This document shows positions 19,902 through 28,272 of a stretch of 64,000 nt of DNA, piece by piece; the first letter of the stretch is position 1, and every line of letters begins with the position of its first letter. The translations under genes and the position numbers were made by a program. The stretch is taken from the NCBI GenBank assembly GCA_022820825.1, contig JAJEEU010000080.1, forward strand, positions 9,211-73,210. Direction: 5' to 3'. The notes below the pieces were generated by a model that saw nothing but the letters and a program-made list of their open reading frames with translations, had not been told where the DNA came from and ran no database searches. The DNA comes from Vicinamibacteria bacterium. Lineage in GTDB: Bacteria; Acidobacteriota; Vicinamibacteria; Vicinamibacterales; UBA8438.

Positions 19902-19930
19902 TTGACAACAGAAGAGTATTTCGGTATCCT
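19902..19930 (+). promoter_or_regulatory. sigma70 promoter of the transposase
   Basis: TTGACA, 17-nt spacer, TATCCT. Confidence 0.7.
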
Positions 19931-19937
19931 TCTGTGT

Positions 19938-20825
19938 CTGAACAAGTTAGGCCCTGCCAAGCGCGCGCAAATCCTCACGCTCCTGCTTGAGGGCATGTCG
20001 ATGCGGGCGATTTCCCGCATCACCGGCGCGTCGATCAACACCGTCACCAAGCTCCTGATGGACGCTGGCGCGGCCTGCGCCGAGTACCACGATGAGACGG
20101 TCCGCGACGTGCGGGCGAAGCGCGTGCAGGCCGACGAGATCTGGTCGTTCACCTACGCAAAGCAGGCGAACGTCGAGAAAGCCAAGAAGGCTCCCACAGG
20201 TGCTGGCGATACCTGGACTTGGACTGCGCTGGACGCCGACAGCAAGCTCATCATCTCGTGGTACGTCGGGCCGCGCGACATCGGCACCGCCTACACGTTC
20301 CTGATGGACCTGGCCGAGCGCCCGCACGGCCGCGTGCAACTCACCACGGACGGCCTCTCGTCCTACCTGAGCGCCGTTGAAGATGCGTTCGGTGCGGACG
20401 TGGACTACAGCCAGCTCATCAAGCTCTACGGCTCCGAGCCGGAAGGCGAGAAGCGGTACAGCCCAGCGAAGTGCATCGGGGCTGTTGCGAAACCGATCAC
20501 CGGCGATCCTGCCGCTGCGCACATCAGCACGTCGTACGTCGAGCGCCACAATTTGAGCATGAGGATGAGCATGCGTCGGTTCACCCGGCTGACCAACGCC
20601 TTCTCGAAGCGGCTAGCCAACCACTTCGCCATGCTGTCGATCTACTTCGTCTGGTACAACTTCTGTCGCATCCACAAGACGCTGCGCGTCACACCGGCGA
20701 TGGAAGCGGGCCTGAGCAACACCCTGCGGGACGTGGACTGGATCGTCGGGCTGGTAGAGGCGCGTGAGCCAAAGCCGGGACCACGCGGGCCGTACAAGAA
20801 GCGTCAGCCCGCAGTTTCAAAGTGA
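19938..20825 (+). CDS. IS1-family DDE transposase (probable CTG start)
   Basis: N-terminal HTH (EGMSMRAISRITGASINTV), QADEIW, QLTTDG, STSYVERHNL.MR..RRFTRLTNAFSK, YNF.R.H.TL..TPAM; stop codon lies inside IRR. Confidence 0.92.
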   Translation: MNKLGPAKRAQILTLLLEGMSMRAISRITGASINTVTKLLMDAGAACAEYHDETVRDVRAKRVQADEIWSFTYAKQANVEKAKKAPTGAGDTWTWTALDADSKLIISWYVGPRDIGTAYTFLMDLAERPHGRVQLTTDGLSSYLSAVEDAFGADVDYSQLIKLYGSEPEGEKRYSPAKCIGAVAKPITGDPAAAHISTSYVERHNLSMRMSMRRFTRLTNAFSKRLANHFAMLSIYFVWYNFCRIHKTLRVTPAMEAGLSNTLRDVDWIVGLVEAREPKPGPRGPYKKRQPAVSK

Positions 20826-20899
20826 GACACTACCTGCTAGTGCCGTCCGTTGACACCCCGATGGCGCTCCGATACCTTTGACGTGGGCTCGTTACAGCA

Positions 20900-22282
20900 A
20901 TGTTGAGGCATCCCGTCCGCCGCCGCCGCGTCCGGCTGGCCACCGCCTGGCTGGCGGTGGCGGCGGCCGGTCCGCTGTTGACCGTTGCCGGTCCGCTGCT
21001 GACGGCTGCCGCGCAGGGCGCCGGCCGGCCGGTGGTGGTCGCGGCGGAGATCGACGCGCTGATTCATCCGGTGTCGGCGGAGTTCATCGCCCAGACCATC
21101 AGCCGCGCCGACGACGAGGATGCCGGGCTGGTGGTCCTGGTTCTGCGCACACCGGGCGGGCTCGTCGACTCCACCCGCGACATCAACACGAGCATCATCG
21201 AGTCCGAGACGCCGGTCGTCGTGTACGTCGGGCCGAGCGGCACGCGGGCCGCGTCGGCCGGCTTCCTGATTACGATTGCCGCCGACATCGCGGCCATGGC
21301 GCCGGGAACGCACATCGGCGCCGCGCACCCGGTCTCGGGCAGCGGGCAGGCAATGGACGAGACGGCTGCCGAAAAGGCGGCCTCCGACGTGGCCGCCTAC
21401 GCCCGGTCGCTGGCCAGCCAGCGCGAGCGCAACGTGGAGCTGGCGGAGAAGGCGGTCACCGACAGCCAGTCGTTCACGGAGCGTGAGGCCCTCGAGGCGG
21501 AGCCGCCGCTGATCGATCTCGTGGCCGCCGACCTCGACGCGTTGATCGACCAGCTCGACGGGCGCGAAGTCAGGCGCTGGGACGGCGATACCGTAACGCT
21601 CCGCACCGCCGGCGCCCGCATCGAGCAGGTCGAGATGAACTGGCGCCAGCGGTTGCTCAGCGCGGTAGCGCATCCCCAGGTGGCGGTGCTGCTGTTCAGC
21701 CTCGGCACGCTCGGACTCACCATCGAGCTGTGGAATCCCGGCGCCATACTGCCGGGCATCGTCGGCGGCCTGTGCCTGCTGCTGGCGTTCTTCGCCTTCC
21801 AGATCCTGCCGATCAACTATGTCGGGTTGTTGCTCATCTTGTTCGGGCTGGCGCTGCTCGTGGCGGAGATGCTCACCGCCACCTACGGCCTGCTGGCGAC
21901 CGGCGGCCTCGTGGCGATGGTGCTGGGCGCGCTGATGGTCGTCGATTCGCCCGCTCCGGAGCTGCAGCTCGGCTGGCCGTTCATCCTGCCCTCGATGCTG
22001 GCGCTCGGGCTGATCGTCATGTTGCTGACGCGTCTCGGCGTGCGGTCGCAGCTCACCAGGCCGGTGACCGGCCGCAGCGGCATGCTCGAGCAGCCGGGGC
22101 GAACCACGGAGCCGATCCCCGCCGGCGGGGCGGGCACCGTGCTGACGCACGGCGAGCTCTGGTCGGCCACGTCGGACGAGGAGATCGGCGCCGACGAGCC
22201 GGTACGGGTCGTGGCGGTCGAGGGAATGCGGCTCGTCGTGAAGCGGCAAACGGAACAGACCCCTGGAGGACCAAGTACATGA
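20900..22282 (+). CDS. nfeD: NfeD-family membrane-bound serine protease (long form)
   Basis: TPGG, PSG.RAASAG, MAPGT.IGAAHPV, TM segments, C-terminal OB fold (GELWSA). Confidence 0.92.
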   Translation: MLRHPVRRRRVRLATAWLAVAAAGPLLTVAGPLLTAAAQGAGRPVVVAAEIDALIHPVSAEFIAQTISRADDEDAGLVVLVLRTPGGLVDSTRDINTSIIESETPVVVYVGPSGTRAASAGFLITIAADIAAMAPGTHIGAAHPVSGSGQAMDETAAEKAASDVAAYARSLASQRERNVELAEKAVTDSQSFTEREALEAEPPLIDLVAADLDALIDQLDGREVRRWDGDTVTLRTAGARIEQVEMNWRQRLLSAVAHPQVAVLLFSLGTLGLTIELWNPGAILPGIVGGLCLLLAFFAFQILPINYVGLLLILFGLALLVAEMLTATYGLLATGGLVAMVLGALMVVDSPAPELQLGWPFILPSMLALGLIVMLLTRLGVRSQLTRPVTGRSGMLEQPGRTTEPIPAGGAGTVLTHGELWSATSDEEIGADEPVRVVAVEGMRLVVKRQTEQTPGGPST

Positions 22283-23040
22283 ATGTGAGTCCGCTCCTGA
22301 TGTTCGGCGTGATCGTGCTGTTGTATATCGCCAGCTCCATCAAGATCCTGAACGAGTACGAGCGAGGAGTCATCTTCCGGCTCGGCAAGCTGTACCCGAA
22401 GCCGAAGGGCCCGGGCGTCATTCTGGTGTTCGCGCCGATCGACCGCATCGTGCGGGTCAGCCTGCGCACCATCGTCATGGACGTGCCGCCGCAGGACGTC
22501 ATCACGAAGGACAACGTGTCGGTCAAGGTCAACGCGGTGGTCTACTTCCGCGTAATGGATCCGCAGCGCGCGATCGTCGAAGTCGAGAACTTCCACTACG
22601 CCACGTCGCAACTGGCCCAGACGACGCTGCGCAGCGTGCTGGGGCAGGTGGAGCTCGACGGCCTGCTGTCGGAACGCGAATCGCTGAACAAGGAGCTGCA
22701 GCAGATCCTCGACACGCAGACGGATCCATGGGGCGTGAAGGTATCCGCCGTCGAGGTCAAGCACGTCGATCTGCCGCCGGACATGCAGCGCGCGATGGCG
22801 CGCCAGGCGGAGGCGGAGCGCGAGAAGCGTGCTAAGATCATCCACGCCGAGGGCGAGTTCATCGCGTCCGAGAAGCTCGCTCAAGCCGCGGGCGTGATCG
22901 GCCAGGAGCCGCTGGCCGTGACGCTCCGCTACCTGCAGACGGCGACCGAGATTGCGGGAGAAAAGAACTCGACGCTCGTGTTTCCGCTGCCGGTCGACAT
23001 TCTCCGTTCCTTTGTCGGCAAACAGGACGATTCTTCCTGA
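22279..23040 (+). CDS. SPFH/stomatin (slipin) family protein
   Basis: [45 protein letters not shown]; paired with nfeD. Confidence 0.95.
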   Translation: MNVSPLLMFGVIVLLYIASSIKILNEYERGVIFRLGKLYPKPKGPGVILVFAPIDRIVRVSLRTIVMDVPPQDVITKDNVSVKVNAVVYFRVMDPQRAIVEVENFHYATSQLAQTTLRSVLGQVELDGLLSERESLNKELQQILDTQTDPWGVKVSAVEVKHVDLPPDMQRAMARQAEAEREKRAKIIHAEGEFIASEKLAQAAGVIGQEPLAVTLRYLQTATEIAGEKNSTLVFPLPVDILRSFVGKQDDSS

Positions 23041-23077
23041 GCCTGCGGCCTCCGCGGCGGCCTGACGACGGGGCGTG

Positions 23078-23803
23078 ATGGCGTCACCAGTCCTGAAGAA
23101 GCCGGCATTCGGTGCGAAGCAGCTCGTATTCGCCTGCATGCTGGTGGCCGTCGTATCCATCTTCGCGTTCGCGATGGGCGTTGTCGTCGGACGCGATGCC
23201 CCGAACGCCGCGGGAGGGGCGGTCGGCGGGCCGGCGGCGTCGTCGCCGGACGCTCCGGCGGACCCGCCGCGTCTGGTGCTGCTCGGGGAGCCGGAAGAGG
23301 AGCCGACCGCGGGCGCGCTGGATGAAGTGACCTATCCCCATCGCCTCGGCAGCGATGGGCCGCCGGAGGAGAAGCTGCGCGGTCTGCCCCTGTACGCGCG
23401 CGGCTCGCCGGAACCCACGCCCGATCCGGGGCCGGCTGCCGTTCCGCCCGCGGAGACGGCGCCGGAGGAGATCGAGCAGCCGCCGGAAGAGCCGGGAGAC
23501 CCTGCAGCGGCAGCCGCCGCCGGCAGCGTTGCGGCGGGCGAGCCGACAGCCGTCGCGCCGCCGCCCGCGGGCGAGCCCTATACGGTGCAGGTGGCCGCGC
23601 TGCGGAGCGCCGACGCGGCTGCGGAGCTCGCCGGCCGGCTGCTGGCAAAGGGGTTTCCGGCCCATGTCGTGGAGCCCGGACCGGACGGACCGGTGGCGGT
23701 GTACCGCGTGCGGGTTGGCAAGTATGCCGATCACGACGAGGCGGAGCGCGTCCGGCAGCGGCTGGAGCAGGAAGAGCAGTTGACGCCCTGGATCACCCGC
23801 TAG
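23078..23803 (+). CDS. SPOR-domain membrane protein (FtsN/DedD-like)
   Basis: N-terminal TM helix, Pro/Glu-rich linker, YTVQVAAL...YRVRVG. Confidence 0.88.
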   Translation: MASPVLKKPAFGAKQLVFACMLVAVVSIFAFAMGVVVGRDAPNAAGGAVGGPAASSPDAPADPPRLVLLGEPEEEPTAGALDEVTYPHRLGSDGPPEEKLRGLPLYARGSPEPTPDPGPAAVPPAETAPEEIEQPPEEPGDPAAAAAAGSVAAGEPTAVAPPPAGEPYTVQVAALRSADAAAELAGRLLAKGFPAHVVEPGPDGPVAVYRVRVGKYADHDEAERVRQRLEQEEQLTPWITR

Positions 23804-23818
23804 GGTATTCCCCGCGCA

Positions 23819-25336
23819 ATGGCCGCCGGCAGCCTGCTGGACCTGACGTTGCCTGCAGCATCCGGCGTGCTGCTGGTGCTCGGCTTTCCCAGCGTCGGAC
23901 ACCCCGCATGGGCGTGGGTCGCGCTCGTTCCCCTGCTGCTGTCGGTGGTGCGCGCCCGCTCGGTCGCGAGGGGATTCACGTACGGGCTGGTCGCCGGCGC
24001 CGTGTTCTTCGCGGGAACCATCTACTGGATCCCGCGCGTCATGGAGGAATACGGCGGCTTGCCGCCGCCGCTCGCCTGGAGCGTTCACCTGCTGCTGGTG
24101 GCCGTCCTGGCGATGTTTCCGGCAGCGTTCGGCGCGGCGCTGGCAATGGTCGCCCGCCGGCACGGCGCGGCGGCGCTGCACGCGGCCCCGGCCCTGTGGG
24201 TAACGAGCGAGCTGGGACGGATCCACCTGTTCACGGGATTTCCCTGGGTGCTCCTGGGCTACAGCCAGACGCCGGTGCTGCCGGTCGCGCAGGCGGCCAG
24301 TCTGGCGGGGGTGCTCGGCCTGTCGGCGCTGGTGGCGCTGGTCAACGCGACCCTGGCGTTTGCCGTCGAGACGCCCGGCACGCGGCGCATCCGCGCCGTC
24401 GCGGCCACGGCGGCCATCGTGCTGGCCGCGCTCGGGTTCGGCGCGTGGCGGCTGCATGCCGACACGCTCAGGTCGGCCGGCGCGCCGCTGCGCGTGGCGG
24501 CCGTGCAGGGGAACATCGCCCAGCACGACAAGTGGAATCCGGCGTTGCGCGAAGACATCGTCGCCGCGTACATCGGCATGACGCGGGAGGCCGCGGCGGA
24601 GGGCGCGGGCCTCGTGGTCTGGCCCGAGGCCGCGACGCCGTTCGCGTTCCAGAACGATCCGGTGCGGGCCGACGCCGTGCGGCAGGTGGTGCGCGACACA
24701 GGCGTCCACCTGCTGCTCGGCACCAGCCACACGCGGTACGACGGCGCGCCGCGCCACTACAACGCGGCGGTGATGGTGGACGCCGCGGGCGCGACGGCCG
24801 GCATCTACGCCAAGCAGCACCTCGTGCCGTTCGGCGAGTACGTGCCGCTGCGCCGCCTGCTGTTCTTCGTCTCGCCCCTGGTGGAGTCGGTCGGCGACTT
24901 TTCGCCCGGGCCGGGCCCGCGGACGTTGAGCATGGGCGGCGTACCGGTCGGGGCGGCCATCTGCTACGAGATCATCTATCCTGATCTGGTGCGCGGCTTC
25001 GTGACGCAGGGCAGCCGCCTGCTGACGACCCTCACGAACGACGCGTGGTACGGACGGACGGCAGCGCCCCACCAGCATTTCCAGCAGGCGACGATGCGCG
25101 CCATAGAGCTGGGCCGCTACCTGGTGCGGGCGGCGAACACCGGGATCAGCGGCGTCGTCGATCCGTACGGGCGGGTGGTCGCCAGCACGCCGTTGTTCGA
25201 GCGGCGCGTGCTGGCCGCGGACGTGCGCCTGCTCGACGTGCGCACCGTGTACAGCCGGACGGGTGACGTCCTGGCGTACGCCTGCGTGGTGATCACGGCG
25301 CTTGCCCTGTGGGGCAGCTTCAGGCGCCGCGCGTGA
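23819..25336 (+). CDS. lnt: apolipoprotein N-acyltransferase
   Basis: GFPW..LGYSQ, VQGN, WPE, K.HLVPFGEY, ICYE, TNDAW, RAANTG. Confidence 0.96.
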   Translation: MAAGSLLDLTLPAASGVLLVLGFPSVGHPAWAWVALVPLLLSVVRARSVARGFTYGLVAGAVFFAGTIYWIPRVMEEYGGLPPPLAWSVHLLLVAVLAMFPAAFGAALAMVARRHGAAALHAAPALWVTSELGRIHLFTGFPWVLLGYSQTPVLPVAQAASLAGVLGLSALVALVNATLAFAVETPGTRRIRAVAATAAIVLAALGFGAWRLHADTLRSAGAPLRVAAVQGNIAQHDKWNPALREDIVAAYIGMTREAAAEGAGLVVWPEAATPFAFQNDPVRADAVRQVVRDTGVHLLLGTSHTRYDGAPRHYNAAVMVDAAGATAGIYAKQHLVPFGEYVPLRRLLFFVSPLVESVGDFSPGPGPRTLSMGGVPVGAAICYEIIYPDLVRGFVTQGSRLLTTLTNDAWYGRTAAPHQHFQQATMRAIELGRYLVRAANTGISGVVDPYGRVVASTPLFERRVLAADVRLLDVRTVYSRTGDVLAYACVVITALALWGSFRRRA

Positions 25337-25350
25337 ATCTGGAGAACGGC

Positions 25351-26476
25351 ATGGACATCGCACTGGAAGAACAGGTTCGGCGGTATCAGGATCTCGTCAA
25401 GCGGTCGGCCGACTTGCGGAGCTATCTTTGACGCGGCCAGTCCCGCCGAAGAAATAGCGCGGTTGGAGAAGCGCGCCGCCGCGCCCGACTTCTGGAACGA
25501 CGCGGAGCAGGCGCAGGCCGTGCTCCGCCGCCGCCGCCGCCTGGAGGAGGATCGCGAGCTGTCGCAATCGCTGCAGCGGCGCGGCGACGACCTGGAGATC
25601 CTGGTGGAATGGGCCGGCCAGGGCGAGCCGGTCATCGACGATCTGACCCGCGGGCTCGACGAGCTGGCCGTGGAGGTGGAGGCGGCCGAGGTCAAGAAGA
25701 TGCTCGGCGGGCCGCACGACCACTCCGACGCCATCCTCTCCGTGCATCCCGGCGCCGGCGGCACCGAATCGCAGGACTGGGCGGAGATGCTCCTGCGCGT
25801 GTATCTCCGGTGGACGGAGCGCCGGGGTTTCGCGCGCGAGATCATCGACTATCAGCCCGGCGACGAGGCGGGCATCAAGAGCGCGACCATCACGGTCACG
25901 GGCGACTACGCGTACGGTCTGCTCCTCGCGGAGGCCGGGGTGCACCGGCTGGTGCGCATCTCTCCGTTCGACCAGGCCTCGCGCCGGCACACCTCGTTCG
26001 CGTCGGTATTCGTCTGGCCCGACCTGCCCGACGACATCGAGGTGGAAATCGACGAAAAGGACCTGCGGATCGACACGTACCGGTCGAGCGGCGCCGGCGG
26101 CCAGCACGTCAACGTCACCGATTCGGCGGTGCGTATCACGCACCTGCCGACGGGTATCGTCGTCTCGTGCCAGAACGAGCGCTCGCAGCACCGCAACCGC
26201 GACGCGGCCATGAAGGTACTGCGGGCGCGCCTGTACGACCGCAAGCAGCAGGAACAGCAGGAGCAGCTCGAGAAGATCGGCGGCGAAAAGAAGGACATTG
26301 CCTTCGGCAGCCAGATTCGCAGCTATGTTCTCCATCCGTACCAGATGGTCAAGGACCATCGGACGAAGCTGGAGGTGGGCAACGTCGAGCGGGTGCTCGA
26401 CGGAGACATCGACGGCTTCATCAAGGACTACCTGATGCAGAAGGCGGCCGGCGCCGCCGATGGTGGGGGAGCCTGA
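25351..26476 (+). CDS. prfB: peptide chain release factor 2 (programmed +1 frameshift)
   Basis: 26-codon first frame ending TAT CTT TGA C (25423-25432); +1 frame carries SPF and GGQ motifs. Confidence 0.96.
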
Positions 26477-26541
26477 CGGCCGCCCTTCACGGCCGCGCGG
26501 GGTGGTATGCTGTTGGCGACCGGATCGCAAAGGAGCTTTCG

Positions 26542-28272
26542 ATGACCTGGACCCGATTTGCCTGCGTGCTGCTGTCCGCGGCGGCGCTCGCGGTCTCGCC
26601 TGCGCTCGCCGGCGCGGCCGAGTTCCACCACGTGCACGTGACCACGTCCAGCCCCGCCAAGGGGGTGGAGTGGTACTCGGAGCACCTGGGGTGCCAACCG
26701 CTCGCCGACCGCGATGACGCGGCCAACTGCGACGGCGTGGAGCTGGTCTTCGTACCCCAGCCGACCAGTGGCGGCAGCCAGGGCACCGGTGTCAACCATA
26801 TCGGCTTTTCCGTGGCGGACCTCGACGCCAAGATGGCGGAGCTCGAAGCCATCGGCGTGGGCGGCGCCGGAGTCCGGCTGCAGCGGAACGACGACGGATC
26901 GATAATCCGCGACATCCCCGGACTGTTCAAGATCGCCTTCATCTTCGATCCGTGGGGCACGCGGATCGAGCTGGTCGAGGACGAGGACTATCTCGGCTTT
27001 CACCACGTGCATCTGAGCGCGACGGATCCCGAGGAGACGCTGGCGTTCTACCGCGACGTGATGGGCGGCGAGCCGGCCTCCATGCGCGGCATGCTCGACG
27101 GCCTGCTGTTCGACGACGTCTGGCTGCTGGCCATGCAGCACCCCGAGGGCACGACGCCGACCGGCACCCAGGGGCGGGCGATCGACCACATCGCGTTCAT
27201 GGTGGACGATCTGGGCGCCGAGGCGCCTGCGCTGCGGCAGGCGGGCGTGCGGTTCCAGGAAGAGCCGGGCGTGCCGCAGAACGCGCGCACGCAGGCGCAG
27301 CGGGCGTTCGTGATCGGGCCCGACAACGTGCGGCTGGCGGTTGTCGAGGCGGGCTTCGCCGGCGTGGCGCTCGACCTCGCGCCCGTGGCTTCAACCGACT
27401 TCGGGCCGTACGACGTGCCCCGCACCTCGTGGGGCGAGCCGGACCTGCAGGGCGTCTGGACGAGCAACGCGTCGCACGGCATTCCGCTGGAACGCCCGGA
27501 GGGCGTGGAATCCGAGGAGTTGACGCCCGAGGAGGCCGTGGCGCGCCGGGAGGGCGGCACGCTCGGCGGCATCTGGGGCTACGATCGCGAGTGGCGGGAC
27601 ACGGCGCTCGGCTTCGGTGGTGCGACCGTGTCGACGCAGGTGCAGATGGTCGTCGATCCGCCGGACGGCCGCATTCCGCCGCTGACCCCGGAAGGGGAGG
27701 AATACGCGGCGCGGGTCATGGCCGCGCAGCGCCGCTACGCCACCCAGCCGTCGGGCGGCCCCGAGGACCTGAACCCCTACGTGCGCTGCATCACCCGTGG
27801 GATGCCGGGGATGATGTTCCCGATCGGCTACAACAACGGCTTGCAGATCGTGCAGGGGCCGGGCTACGTGGCGATCACGAAGGAAATGATCCACGAGACG
27901 CGGATCATCCCGACCGAGCCGCAGCCCGCGGCCGGGGACGATCTCAAGCTGTGGCTGGGCGTGCCGCAGGGGCGCTGGGAAGGCGACACCCTGGTCGTCA
28001 CGACCACCAACTTCAACGGCCGGTCGTCCTATCGCGGATCGACCGAGAACATGGTCCTGACGGAGCGCTACGAGCGCGTCGGGCCGACCGCGATGATGTA
28101 CTCGTTCACCATCGACGATCCGCAGATCTGGACCCGCCCGTGGTCCGTGCAGTTCCGCTTCGACAAGGACGACGAGCAGTACGAGCTCGTCGAGTACGCC
28201 TGCCACGAAGGGAACTACGGGATGACGAACATCCTGGCCGGCTCGCGCGTCCGGGAGGCGGGCAGCCGCTAG
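26542..28272 (+). CDS. secreted tandem VOC/glyoxalase-domain protein fused to an uncharacterised RTxWGxPDLQG domain
   Basis: signal peptide; FHHVH / HIGF / DPWG.RIEL and FHHVH / IDHIAF / GPDNV VOC pairs; C-terminal RCI...YACHEGN domain. Confidence 0.8.
   Translation: MTWTRFACVLLSAAALAVSPALAGAAEFHHVHVTTSSPAKGVEWYSEHLGCQPLADRDDAANCDGVELVFVPQPTSGGSQGTGVNHIGFSVADLDAKMAELEAIGVGGAGVRLQRNDDGSIIRDIPGLFKIAFIFDPWGTRIELVEDEDYLGFHHVHLSATDPEETLAFYRDVMGGEPASMRGMLDGLLFDDVWLLAMQHPEGTTPTGTQGRAIDHIAFMVDDLGAEAPALRQAGVRFQEEPGVPQNARTQAQRAFVIGPDNVRLAVVEAGFAGVALDLAPVASTDFGPYDVPRTSWGEPDLQGVWTSNASHGIPLERPEGVESEELTPEEAVARREGGTLGGIWGYDREWRDTALGFGGATVSTQVQMVVDPPDGRIPPLTPEGEEYAARVMAAQRRYATQPSGGPEDLNPYVRCITRGMPGMMFPIGYNNGLQIVQGPGYVAITKEMIHETRIIPTEPQPAAGDDLKLWLGVPQGRWEGDTLVVTTTNFNGRSSYRGSTENMVLTERYERVGPTAMMYSFTIDDPQIWTRPWSVQFRFDKDDEQYELVEYACHEGNYGMTNILAGSRVREAGSR

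Larger units (their letters stand above)
18374..20834 (+). mobile_element. IS1-family cargo (transporter) element, 2461 bp
   Basis: IRL GGTAGTGTCTCAGTTTGAA (18374-18392) and IRR TTCAAAGTGAGACACTACC (20816-20834) match 18/19; 8-bp TSD; DDE transposase at the right end; lower GC than the host. Confidence 0.92.

Noticed and set aside
25609-26541. 5' extension of the 887-aa ORF 25609-28272 (likewise the upstream extensions of 4833-7631 and 58352-60988)
   Set aside because: They overlap real genes in another frame; the true starts are at 26542, 5520 and 59768.
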